Source: Pleurocapsa sp. (GTDB lineage Bacteria > Cyanobacteriota > Cyanobacteriia > Cyanobacteriales > Xenococcaceae). Taken from it: 24,000 nucleotides of DNA. Positions 1-8,561 of the stretch are shown here, piece after piece. Position 1 is the first letter of the stretch. The number at the start of each line of letters is the position of its first letter. A program made the position numbers and the translations under genes. The notes under the pieces are model-generated. The model was not told the DNA's origin. It did not search any database and saw only the letters and a program-made list of their open reading frames with translations. The stretch covers positions 18,495 through 42,494 of the forward strand of contig JBHJNX010000116.1 of the NCBI GenBank assembly GCA_050330335.1, given 5' to 3'.

Positions 1-107
1 TGGTAGGTAGCTTTTCCCAAAATTTCTTTGGCAGTTGCTTCAATTAATTGCCAGTATCCTACCTCATCGGGCAATATATCTCTAGTACCTCGTAATGCTT
101 GAATCAT
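1..107 (-). CDS. hisS: Histidine--tRNA ligase, N-terminal fragment (gene runs off the left edge)
   Basis: The reverse complement from ATG at 107-105 translates as MIQALRGTRDILPDEVGYWQLIEATAKEILGKATY. This matches the conserved HisS N-terminus (xIQAxRGxxDxLPxExxxW) as I recall it. Not in the ORF track because it is truncated. Confidence 0.7.
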   Translation of the reverse strand, partial: MIQALRGTRDILPDEVGYWQLIEATAKEILGKATY

Positions 108-483
108 TTATGGATTATTAATAAACATTGAGCATTTAGTGGCGATCGCCACTGATTAAAGTTTCCCTTTACCTACAACATTGCTACTAATAAGGGGTTT
201 AAACGTCCCATTGTACATCGATGTAGGAGTATAGGGATGTCGATCTTGTCCTCTAGTTGAGTACTGGGTTACTCAAGCCCACGCTTACCCGAAGGGAAGC
301 GATGGGTAATTGACTTATTTTGTAGACACTTTCTAAAGTTGTAGCAACATTCATCAAGCAATCGAGTTTTTTACCAGAAATAAGATAGTAATTATCAAAG
401 ATAATGTTATTATTTTTTCAACCTATATAGCTGAAATATTTACTTTAAAAATTACCAATTTTAGTCTCAACTAATTAGGGTGG

Positions 484-762
484 TTAATAGTAAGTATTAT
501 TGGCCTGACTATTTTTCTCTACCAGGCTTATTTCCTGTAGAGTTTTCCAACCAGCCAGCCATAAAGACTCATCTTTAAGCTGTGCTGCATTAAGCCAAAA
601 GCGAGTTTGGGGATCGCAAGATGCTACCATTTCAGCAAACACCCATTTGCCTTGATTTTTGCGATTGACAACTTGGAAATGTCGCCACCCCCAAGTTTTC
701 TGTTTAGCTGTCCATTTAGAACCAACTAAATAAGGGAACTTCTGTTTTTGTTTTTTCGACAT
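484..762 (-). CDS. Small tryptophan-rich conserved hypothetical protein (TIGR02450-like)
   Basis: 92-aa ORF with a basic N-terminus and motifs SKWTA...GWRHFQV...WVFAEM...W...W. It resembles the Trp-rich conserved hypothetical family found in cyanobacteria. The family assignment is from memory only. Confidence 0.55.
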   Translation of the reverse strand: MSKKQKQKFPYLVGSKWTAKQKTWGWRHFQVVNRKNQGKWVFAEMVASCDPQTRFWLNAAQLKDESLWLAGWKTLQEISLVEKNSQANNTYY

Positions 763-830
763 TTTAACTTCAAGAGATAATAATGATAACCTAGTCGCAA
801 TAATCTACCTATCAAATCGCGATCTTTATT

Positions 831-2399
831 ATGAAAACTAAGACTACTTTGTATCAATTACTTTTACAACGAGTTAAGCAAGCTAATCGCTATGGTGCGA
901 TCGCTCTATCTTTATTTTTCGTTATTGCTTCTACTCCAGTTATTGCTGAAGAACAAACTATAGAATTACAAGATGTAAACTCTACAGAGTCACCACGAGC
1001 CAACCCTGGAGAATTACCCGCCGAATTACCTCAATTAAAACCCAGAGAACTACCCCCAACAACTCCACCCAATGCTACAACCCCGTCGGGAGAAAATATT
1101 GAATTTGCTACTGCTGAAACAGATTATACTCTTGGAGCCGGAGATTTAATTGCTTTAAACATCTTCCAAGTCGAAGAATATAGCGCTCAATATCCTGTGT
1201 TAGTAGACGGTACTATTAGTCTACCTTTAGTTGGTCGAGTTAATGTCAGTGGCTTAACTCTCAAAGAAACTTCCGAAGTAGTATCAAAAGAATATGCAAC
1301 TTATCTCAAGCGGCCTATTGTTACCGTTGGCTTAGTTGCACCGCGCCCCCTCAAAATTGGTATTTCAGGAGAAATAGACAATCCAGGTACTTATGAAGTT
1401 GCTCCCACTGGTGACAATCAGAAATTTCCCACTGTTACAGATTTAATTACGCGAGCAGGAGGAATTACCACAATTGCTGATGTACGCAATGTTAGAGTTA
1501 GAAGAAACAACAATGGCAAAGAAGTTGTTTTTAACTCGAATTTGTGGTCTTTATTGAGCGAAGGCAATATCCGTCAAGATATCTCTTTGAGAGATGGAGA
1601 TACTATCTTTGTTCCCACTGCGAGTGAAATCAATACTGCCGAACTCAGTAGACTATCTGAAGCTAGTTTTGGGTTACAATCTAACGAGCCAATTAAAATA
1701 GCCGTAGTAGGAGAGGTTTATCGTCCTGGTTCTCACACCATACAACCAGAACAAATAGGTCGTGATACTAACAACACGGATAGATCACAGTCTGCTCCTC
1801 CTCGATTAACTCAGGCATTAGCCTCCGCTAACGGCATCAAACCCCTAGCAAACGTCAGAGAAGTAGAAGTACGACGCACTGCTTGGGATGGAACAGAAAA
1901 GCTAATTGCTGTAGATTTATGGAAATTGTTGCAATCTGGAGATACCAACCAAGACATAATCTTGCAAAAAGGAGATAAAATCATTGTTCCTCAAGCAACA
2001 TCTCTGGCAAGCGATGAATCAGAGGCAATAGCAGCAGCTAGTTTTAACCGCGAAACAATTACAGTCAATGTAGTTGGAGAGGTTGGCACTCCTGGCGCGC
2101 AGCAAGTACCCCCCAATACTCCTCTTAACCAGGCAATTTTAGCTGCGGGTGGTTTTGATAGCCAAAGAGCAGATTCTGGAAAGGTAGAGCTAGTTCGTTT
2201 AAATCCCAACGGTACCGTAGATAAAAGACAAATTGAAGTTGATCTAGCAGCAGGTATTGACGATGATCAAAATCCTATCTTGCGTCATAACGATGTGGTA
2301 GTAGTTGCTCGTTCCGGTGTTACCAAAGCTAGTGATGGTTTGGGTCAAGTCTTCAGTCCCCTGGGTGGTATTTTTAGTATTTTTAGGTTTTTATTTTAA
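831..2399 (+). CDS. wza: Polysaccharide export protein, Wza/GumB-like (Poly_export + SLBB repeats)
   Basis: N-terminal hydrophobic signal-like segment (AIALSLFFVIASTPVIAEE) and a Pro-rich linker. Poly_export-like core DYTLGAGDLIALNIF...VLVDGTISLPLVGRVNVSGLTLKE. Three SLBB-like GE(I/V)xxPG segments. Aromatic C-terminus FRFLF. Sits directly upstream of a Wzc-like gene. Confidence 0.85.
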   Translation: MKTKTTLYQLLLQRVKQANRYGAIALSLFFVIASTPVIAEEQTIELQDVNSTESPRANPGELPAELPQLKPRELPPTTPPNATTPSGENIEFATAETDYTLGAGDLIALNIFQVEEYSAQYPVLVDGTISLPLVGRVNVSGLTLKETSEVVSKEYATYLKRPIVTVGLVAPRPLKIGISGEIDNPGTYEVAPTGDNQKFPTVTDLITRAGGITTIADVRNVRVRRNNNGKEVVFNSNLWSLLSEGNIRQDISLRDGDTIFVPTASEINTAELSRLSEASFGLQSNEPIKIAVVGEVYRPGSHTIQPEQIGRDTNNTDRSQSAPPRLTQALASANGIKPLANVREVEVRRTAWDGTEKLIAVDLWKLLQSGDTNQDIILQKGDKIIVPQATSLASDESEAIAAASFNRETITVNVVGEVGTPGAQQVPPNTPLNQAILAAGGFDSQRADSGKVELVRLNPNGTVDKRQIEVDLAAGIDDDQNPILRHNDVVVVARSGVTKASDGLGQVFSPLGGIFSIFRFLF

Positions 2400-2409
2400 T
2401 GGCATCTAA

Positions 2410-2459
2410 GTAGCCTTATTGATGCTGCCCAGTAAACTATTTGGGTAGCAATAGGCTAC
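2410..2459 (+). promoter_or_regulatory. Long imperfect hairpin between wza-like stop and wzc-like start
   Basis: Outer arms GTAGCCT(T)ATTG / CAATAGGCTAC and inner arms CTGCCCA / TGGGTAG (one G-U), about 18 bp in total. No U-tract follows, so it is not a classical terminator. Confidence 0.35.
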
Positions 2460-2506
2460 CATGCCACTAGCCTAAAATAATTTGTGTTGTGAGGAATGGG
2501 GAAATA

Positions 2507-4885
2507 ATGCCAGATCAAAGTTCGGAACATTCAATTTACTCTAATTTATTAAATGGACATGGGAGTAACAATGGTAATGGTGTTGGCGAGCGAAACCAAA
2601 ACTATGTTTATTCTATGCCCGTTGTGAACCAAGTAGCAGTAGAAGAAGATGAGGAAAGTATAGATTTACGCCAACTGGTTCGTGTAGTCAAACATCGCTT
2701 ACGTCTAATTGCTGCTATTACTTTAGGGATTACTACCTCAGTATCTATTTGGACGTTTAATCAAGAACCTAAATACAAAGGTAGTTTTCAACTTTTAGTT
2801 GAGCCATTAACTCAACAACAACAGCAAGAAGGCAATCCTTTATCTGTCTTAACTCAAGACTGGTCGGGCTTAGATTATGAGAGTCAAATACAAGTGTTAC
2901 GCAGTCCTAGCGTCCTCCAACCGATAGTTAGGCAGTTGGCAGAACGATATTCAGAGATTGAATACAAAGAATTAATTAAAGCTCGAAACTCCCCTTTAAA
3001 TATTGAACAGATAGAAGCAACGAAAATATTAGAAATATCTTATACTGATGGAGATCCTGATAAAATTCAATTTGTTTTAGATAATTTAGCTCACGCTTAT
3101 CTAACTTATTCTCTTGAACAACAGAGAAGAGAAGTTAAACAAGGTATTGATTTTGTTGAAAATCAGCTACCAGGAGTTAGAAACCGAGTAGATGATCTTC
3201 AAGAGAAACTTCAAAAGTTTCGCCAAAAATATAATTTACTAGATCCTGAAAAACAAGCAGGCATCCTATCAGAAAAGCTGGTAGATTTTGAAGAGAAATA
3301 TTTCGAGACTCAAGCCAAGCTTAAAGAAACTAAATCTTTATATACCACCCTGCAAAATCAACTAAGATTACAGCCAGAACAAGCGTTAACTTCCAGCTAT
3401 CTCAGCGAATCACCAAGATATCAAAAATTACTGGACGAATTGCAACAAGTAGAAGTAGAACTAGCTAAAGAGTCGGCTCGTTTTCTACCAGATAATCCCG
3501 TAGTTCAGGCACTTCAAGACAAAAAAGACCAATTGCTGCCTTTACTCCAAAAAGAAGCTGGTAGTGTTGTGGGCAGTTCTTCTAGTTCGGTAAGTAACAA
3601 TCCTGAACTAACCTCTCCTAGTTCCTTACGCTTAGAACTCAATCAACAATACATTCAAGCTGCCAATGAAATTCAAATTCTTGCAATTAGAGAACAAGCT
3701 TTAAAAGGTGCAATTTCCGAAATGGATGAAGCGATTGAGCAGATGCCAGTTGTTGCTCGTCAATATACTGACCTACAAAGACAATTAAAAGTGGCAACTG
3801 AAAGTTTAAATCGTTTCTTAGCCGCTCAAGAAGAACTGCAATTAAAAGGAGCGCAAAGAGCCTTACCCTGGCAAACTATAGCCGAGCCAACTTTACTGGA
3901 AAATCCCGTATCTCCCAATTCTCCTCGTAATATAGCTTTAGCTTTAATTGGAGGTACGTTATTAGGACTGGGGGCTGCTTTACTGGCAGAACGTTTAGAT
4001 CCTGTTTTCCATTCCTCCGAAGAATTGAAAGAGAGCGTTCAACTACCTTTGCTGGGTGCAATTCCCATTCAAAAAGATCTTAAACCTTTAGAAGAAGACG
4101 AAACACCAACTAAAGAAGAAAAATTTAGCCTACCCCAGCTACAAATTGGCAACAATACTTTAAGTTTCAAAAATAAAAGCACTAAACCCCAACCTAAAGT
4201 TCAAGATAGCAAACAAAAATGGTATGGGGCATCTCCATTTTTAGAAGCATTTCGTTCTCTCAATACCAATATCAAATTATTGGGTTCTGATTCATCAATT
4301 CGTTCGATTGTAATTAGTTCTTCAATCCCTTCTGAAGGCAAATCTACTATCTCCAGTCATTTAGCTCAAGCTGCCGCAGCAATGGGGCAAAAAGTATTGT
4401 TAATTGATGCTGATTTGCGCCGCCCTCAAGTACATCGCTGGATAGGGATAGAAAACCAAGAAGGATTAAGTAATATTTTGGCTACAGGTTTAGAGCCTGA
4501 AGTGGCAATTAGAACAATACCCCAATGGGAAAACTTATCAGTAATTACCGCAGGAGATATTCCTCCAGATCCTACTCGTTTGCTATCTTCTCAGAAGATG
4601 TATCAATTAATGGAACATCTGAAGAACGAAAAAAAATACGATTTGATTATTTATGATACTCCTCCAATTTTGGGATTTGCTGATGGTAGAATTTTGGCTG
4701 GTCGTACTAATGGTGTAGTTTTAGTTGTCAGAATTAATAAAACTGATCGCTCTTTACTCAAACAAAATATCGATAATCTCAAGATGTCGAAAGTTCCTGT
4801 TTTGGGTATTGTCGCCAACCAAGTCAACCGCAGTTCCAATGGTTCTTACCATTACTACACCCATTATTATGCCGATCGCAAATAA
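2507..4885 (+). CDS. wzc: Polysaccharide co-polymerase / BY-kinase, Wzc/GumC-like
   Basis: A TM segment (LIAAITLGITTSVSIW), then about 400 aa of coiled-coil-rich periplasmic region, then a second TM (IALALIGGTLLGLGAALL). The kinase domain has Walker A SEGKST, Walker A' LLIDADLRRP and Walker B DLIIYDTPP. C-terminal Tyr cluster GSYHYYTHYY. The ORF opens at GTG 2489; I prefer ATG 2507 because GAGGA lies 11 nt upstream. Confidence 0.9.
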   Translation: MPDQSSEHSIYSNLLNGHGSNNGNGVGERNQNYVYSMPVVNQVAVEEDEESIDLRQLVRVVKHRLRLIAAITLGITTSVSIWTFNQEPKYKGSFQLLVEPLTQQQQQEGNPLSVLTQDWSGLDYESQIQVLRSPSVLQPIVRQLAERYSEIEYKELIKARNSPLNIEQIEATKILEISYTDGDPDKIQFVLDNLAHAYLTYSLEQQRREVKQGIDFVENQLPGVRNRVDDLQEKLQKFRQKYNLLDPEKQAGILSEKLVDFEEKYFETQAKLKETKSLYTTLQNQLRLQPEQALTSSYLSESPRYQKLLDELQQVEVELAKESARFLPDNPVVQALQDKKDQLLPLLQKEAGSVVGSSSSSVSNNPELTSPSSLRLELNQQYIQAANEIQILAIREQALKGAISEMDEAIEQMPVVARQYTDLQRQLKVATESLNRFLAAQEELQLKGAQRALPWQTIAEPTLLENPVSPNSPRNIALALIGGTLLGLGAALLAERLDPVFHSSEELKESVQLPLLGAIPIQKDLKPLEEDETPTKEEKFSLPQLQIGNNTLSFKNKSTKPQPKVQDSKQKWYGASPFLEAFRSLNTNIKLLGSDSSIRSIVISSSIPSEGKSTISSHLAQAAAAMGQKVLLIDADLRRPQVHRWIGIENQEGLSNILATGLEPEVAIRTIPQWENLSVITAGDIPPDPTRLLSSQKMYQLMEHLKNEKKYDLIIYDTPPILGFADGRILAGRTNGVVLVVRINKTDRSLLKQNIDNLKMSKVPVLGIVANQVNRSSNGSYHYYTHYYADRK

Positions 4886-4967
4886 GATTATATACTCCCC
4901 TACACCCTATCAAAATTAAATTGGTAAACTACTAGGGGGCTTTGACATTCAATCAAGTAACAATATT

Positions 4968-5492
4968 GTGAATACACCAGTTATTACTACAGCTTTTCTG
5001 ATGACTGTTTTAACTTTTATCGGACTGTTGTTTTTTATTCGTGCTTCGGTTAAAGACCGAATCAAGCAAATCAAATTTATTCCTTCTGAATCAGAAGAGA
5101 TTGTTTTGAGTAAACTACAAAAATATTTTGAACAACGGTCTTATCAAATAGTCAATGTGGACACTCAACAGCAAACTGTCACCTTTCAAGGTTTTGTTAG
5201 ACCTAGTTGGTTTTTAACAGTTTTACTTACAGCACTAGCTGGATTGGGTTTGTCTTGCATGGCTTTGGTGCTGTCCTCTTTATATCCAAGCTGGAGCTAT
5301 TGGAGTTGGCTGTTAATCCTGGCTTTGGCACCAATTGCAGGACTTTTTTACTGGCGGAATGCTAGTCGTTGGGAAAAAATTTTTCTCGCTGTAGAATCAG
5401 AAGTTGATGGAGCCGACTCAATTGTAGTTACTGCCCATCGGGATGAGTTAATTCAGCTACAAAGAAATTTAAGCTTGCCAACAAAAGAATAG
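4968..5492 (+). CDS. Membrane protein, probably CCB1-like (cofactor assembly of complex C subunit B family)
   Basis: 174 aa with a GTG start. N-terminal TM followed by FFIRASVKDR, a soluble insert, two further TMs and a C-terminal AHRDEL motif. This pattern matches cyanobacterial CCB1 homologues as I remember them. The family call is unverified. Confidence 0.55.
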   Translation: MNTPVITTAFLMTVLTFIGLLFFIRASVKDRIKQIKFIPSESEEIVLSKLQKYFEQRSYQIVNVDTQQQTVTFQGFVRPSWFLTVLLTALAGLGLSCMALVLSSLYPSWSYWSWLLILALAPIAGLFYWRNASRWEKIFLAVESEVDGADSIVVTAHRDELIQLQRNLSLPTKE

Positions 5493-5513
5493 ATATCTTT
5501 ACAGTAAAATTAA

Positions 5514-5540
5514 GGGACGTTGGGGTACAACGTCCTTTTT
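5514..5540. terminator. Rho-independent terminator between convergent genes
   Basis: Perfect stem GGACGTTG (5515-5522) / CAACGTCC (5528-5535) with loop GGGTA, followed by TTTTT (5536-5540). It lies 22 nt after the stop at 5492 and 36 nt beyond the minus-strand gene end at 5576. Confidence 0.65.
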
Positions 5541-5575
5541 ATATTAAACTGGTATTCTATACTCTGGAGTAATTT

Positions 5576-5902
5576 TCAGCGAATACCTGCCGTAGCCACC
5601 GCCTTGGCTCGCTCCCATTCTTCAATCTCTATAGATTGTAAACTGGGAAACAGAAAATGATTTTCTTCAACATATTGAGCTCCAAATAATCCTTTTTCTG
5701 CCCAAAAATAACGGTCTGTAGTATGCTCGTTTCTTTTGACTATCAATAAGGCTGGAGGCACTATTCCCAAAGATGATATATACTTGCGAGCGGCTGTTAC
5801 TGGTTTTTGTTCGCCACTTTCAATATTATAATGAGGGACTAGCTCTAAAATCTTGCGTCCTTCCTGGCGACGGCGGCTTTTGCGTTTGCGTTTCCTTGCC
5901 AA
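5576..5902 (-). CDS. Small conserved hypothetical protein with a highly basic N-terminus
   Basis: 108-aa ORF beginning MARKRKRKSRRRQEGRK. The start is TTG, supported by a strong AGGAGG 8 nt upstream on the minus strand. I recognise no catalytic motif. Confidence 0.55.
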   Translation of the reverse strand: MARKRKRKSRRRQEGRKILELVPHYNIESGEQKPVTAARKYISSLGIVPPALLIVKRNEHTTDRYFWAEKGLFGAQYVEENHFLFPSLQSIEIEEWERAKAVATAGIR

Positions 5903-6208
5903 CCTTCTTACCTCCTATTGTTGTTGTTTAATAGCTGTAATAGCTGTAATCGTAGTTACAAAACATTGAGAAATTGTATCCTATTAAGCAAAAAAAATCA
6001 ACTCCCTCAATAGCTCAAAAAATAAAATAAAAAAATCAGTGGAGCAATTGCTAAATCATTTACTCTCGAGAAGAATCGGATTTTATTCAAAACAACAAAA
6101 GTAATTAATCGATAGTTATATTTTTTGTTTGAATCAAGCAAGATTTAATAAAATTAATTTAGAAAATACAATCAATCAGTTAAACTTCTTGGAATTAAAT
6201 AAATAAAA

Positions 6209-7540
6209 ATGCCTTATAGTTATATTGTTAGCCAAGAATTTGCTAATTTATGTCGGTGCCAAATGGCTTTATTAAGTCAAGGATTTGGTGGTGTTTGGAG
6301 TGCTGTATATTTAACAGAAGGAATACCGACAGAGCGGCAGGAAGAATTTTTCCCTTTTGCCATTTATCCTCAAGAAGAAAATAAATACTTAGCAGAACTT
6401 CCTACATTAGGATTGGCAGAAATTTTGCGACAATTAACATCTCAATCTTCTTGGTATTCTACTCAGTTATTGCCCCATAAATTAAGCGCAGAAATATCAT
6501 CTTCTTCGGCAATTGACCAAGAAGAAATTTGGCTGGCAAGAAAACAATTAATGTTACCTTTGGTTCATAAAGATATGATTATTGGATTATTAGTAGCAGG
6601 GCGCAAAGATAGAGATTGGCAAGAAACAGAATTTAAACCAATAGAAGAAATTGCTAGTACTTTAGCGATCGCGCGATTTTTAGATTTACAATATGAATAC
6701 TCTCAAGAACAATTAATAATGCAACAAAATTTGCGTCGTCTCGAACGCAATCACCTCGAAGATTTGCTACATCAACTAAAAAATCCTCTAACGGCCTTGC
6801 GAACTTTTAGTAAGTTATTAATCAAGCGTTTATTACCAGAAGAACGCAATTATTCAGTAGCCCAAAGTATTTTAACTCAAAGCGATCGCTTTCAAGAATT
6901 ACTACAACAATTTGAAGCTGAAATTAAAGATCTAGAACCATCAGCCACTCCTCTGACATTAAATACAACTTCAGTTAAATTATTAGAAGCAAATAAAGAA
7001 ACTTACAGTAATTTTTTATTGCCAGAGTCGAGAGAAAAACTAGAATCAGTAGCCATCCAAAATGTTTTAGAACCTCTATTAGCTGCTGCCATGGCGATCG
7101 CCCAAGAAAGAAATATCCAGCTAACGGTAGAGATGCACCCCAACTTACCCGAAGTGACAGCAAATTTCAAAGCACTCAGAGAAGTATTAAGTAATTTAAT
7201 CGACAATGCTTTGAAGTACACTCCTGCTGAGGGGAAAATCAATCTTACTCTAAAAACAGACAGACTAAACAATCATCCTGGGATGCTAGGAATTGCGATC
7301 GCCGATACGGGATATGGAATTAGCAGCGAAGATCGTCAACATCTGTTTGAACGTCATTATCGAGGAATTCAAGCAGAAAGCGACATACCTGGTAGTGGTT
7401 TAGGCTTGGCGATCGCCAAAGAATTAATCGAACAAATGCAGGGAGAGATTGAATTAATTAGCCCTAATCACCTCCAAGAAAATTCTCAATTTCCTGGCAC
7501 AACTTTTATTATCTGGCTACCCATAAACAGTAATCAGTAA
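6209..7540 (+). CDS. Soluble sensor histidine kinase with N-terminal GAF-like domain (possibly Hik2/CSK-type)
   Basis: H-box HQLKNPLTALRTF, N-box LSNLIDNALKYT, G1 IADTGYGI, G2 GSGLGLAIAKE. No TM segments. About 170 aa of N-terminal GAF-like region. The Hik2 orthology is inference only. Confidence 0.85.
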   Translation: MPYSYIVSQEFANLCRCQMALLSQGFGGVWSAVYLTEGIPTERQEEFFPFAIYPQEENKYLAELPTLGLAEILRQLTSQSSWYSTQLLPHKLSAEISSSSAIDQEEIWLARKQLMLPLVHKDMIIGLLVAGRKDRDWQETEFKPIEEIASTLAIARFLDLQYEYSQEQLIMQQNLRRLERNHLEDLLHQLKNPLTALRTFSKLLIKRLLPEERNYSVAQSILTQSDRFQELLQQFEAEIKDLEPSATPLTLNTTSVKLLEANKETYSNFLLPESREKLESVAIQNVLEPLLAAAMAIAQERNIQLTVEMHPNLPEVTANFKALREVLSNLIDNALKYTPAEGKINLTLKTDRLNNHPGMLGIAIADTGYGISSEDRQHLFERHYRGIQAESDIPGSGLGLAIAKELIEQMQGEIELISPNHLQENSQFPGTTFIIWLPINSNQ

Positions 7541-7555
7541 GCAGTAAGCAGTTAA
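7528..7555. repeat. Tandem heptamer array CAGTAAK x4
   Basis: CAGTAAT CAGTAAG CAGTAAG CAGTTAA. It spans the kinase stop codon (7538-7540) and fills the 18-bp gap before the next start (7559). Confidence 0.7.
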
Positions 7556-7558
7556 TAA

Positions 7559-8560
7559 ATGAGAAAATTATATTTTTTATTACCCGGAACACAGGGCAAA
7601 TATGGTGGTGGTGGACTTTGGGCAGAGTTAAAGACTTGCGATTTAGCCAGACAGGTTTGCCAAGCAGAAGTAATTACTTACAGACAGAAAGAAGCAGAAC
7701 ATTTATTTTTAGCAGATGTTTTACAACAAAAGGATTTAGACAACTGTATTTTTGTCATTGGCTGGGGTTTTGACATACCTAAATTAGTTAAAAGACTGCA
7801 AGGGCATAATATTATTTATCACGCCCATAGTGCGGGTTATGGTTTTCAGTTACCGCCAAATATTCCAATTATCGCAGTCAGTCGTAACACTATGGGTTAT
7901 TGGGGGCAAAAATCTCCTAATGGTTTGATTTATTATTTACCAAATCAAATTGGAGATGAATTTTACAACCGTCATTTGACTAGAGATATTGATGTTTTGG
8001 TTCAAACTCGTAAATCTTCGGAATATCTACTAAAGCAATTAATTCCCGCCCTGCGATCGCGCTGTAAGGTAAAAATTTTAGATGGTTATGTCGAAGATCT
8101 AGCAGGGTTGTTTAATCGTAGTAAAATTTATCTTTATGATTCGGCAGAATATTGGGGAGTCAGTGGAGTTAGTGAAGGATTTGGACTTCCTCCCTTAGAA
8201 GCCTTAGCTTGTGGTTGTCAGGTGTTTGCTAGCATTAATCATGGACTCGCTGATTATCTAGATCCAGGATTTAACTGTTACAAAATTGCCAATTACTGCC
8301 TGGAATACGATCTACAGAGAATTTTAGCGGTACTGAACGGCGATCAAATACTGACTATATCTGAAGCTGAATTAGCACAATATCGCCCTAATAATTTAAT
8401 TCCCAGACTAGAAGTCATTCTGACGGAAATTAACAGTTTTTTCAATTTAAGACCGCGCTATGTAGCCGATATTCCCAGTTTAAATGCTAGACGAATTAAG
8501 CAACTCTGGTTAAAGCGATCGCTTGGTAAGTTATTTAAAAGATTGAATATTAAATGTTGA
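7559..8560 (+). CDS. Glycosyltransferase, GT-B fold (GT4-like)
   Basis: 333 aa. C-terminal domain has the characteristic EGFGLPPLEALACGCQVFAS motif of retaining GT-B glycosyltransferases. The N-terminal half is divergent. Confidence 0.65.
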   Translation: MRKLYFLLPGTQGKYGGGGLWAELKTCDLARQVCQAEVITYRQKEAEHLFLADVLQQKDLDNCIFVIGWGFDIPKLVKRLQGHNIIYHAHSAGYGFQLPPNIPIIAVSRNTMGYWGQKSPNGLIYYLPNQIGDEFYNRHLTRDIDVLVQTRKSSEYLLKQLIPALRSRCKVKILDGYVEDLAGLFNRSKIYLYDSAEYWGVSGVSEGFGLPPLEALACGCQVFASINHGLADYLDPGFNCYKIANYCLEYDLQRILAVLNGDQILTISEAELAQYRPNNLIPRLEVILTEINSFFNLRPRYVADIPSLNARRIKQLWLKRSLGKLFKRLNIKC

Positions 8561-8561
8561 T

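Noticed and set aside
1991-2209. 72-aa ORF antisense inside the wza-like gene
   Set aside because: Fully nested opposite a well-supported CDS, with a low-complexity Ala/Ser/Leu translation and no motif. It is a typical shadow ORF.
3876-4919. Three short ORFs (3876-4061 -, 4651-4839 -, 4725-4919 +) overlapping the wzc-like gene
   Set aside because: All overlap the kinase-domain coding region in other frames. They have no recognisable motifs or ribosome-binding sites, while the Wzc frame carries Walker motifs throughout.
4886-4967. CCCCTA ... TAGGGG inverted repeat after the wzc-like gene, considered as a terminator
   Set aside because: The stem is only 6 bp, the loop is about 30 nt and there is no U-tract.
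6975-7272. Two antisense ORFs (62 and 89 aa) inside the histidine kinase gene
   Set aside because: They lie opposite the HATPase domain frame, which has clear N/G1/G2 boxes. They are shadow ORFs.
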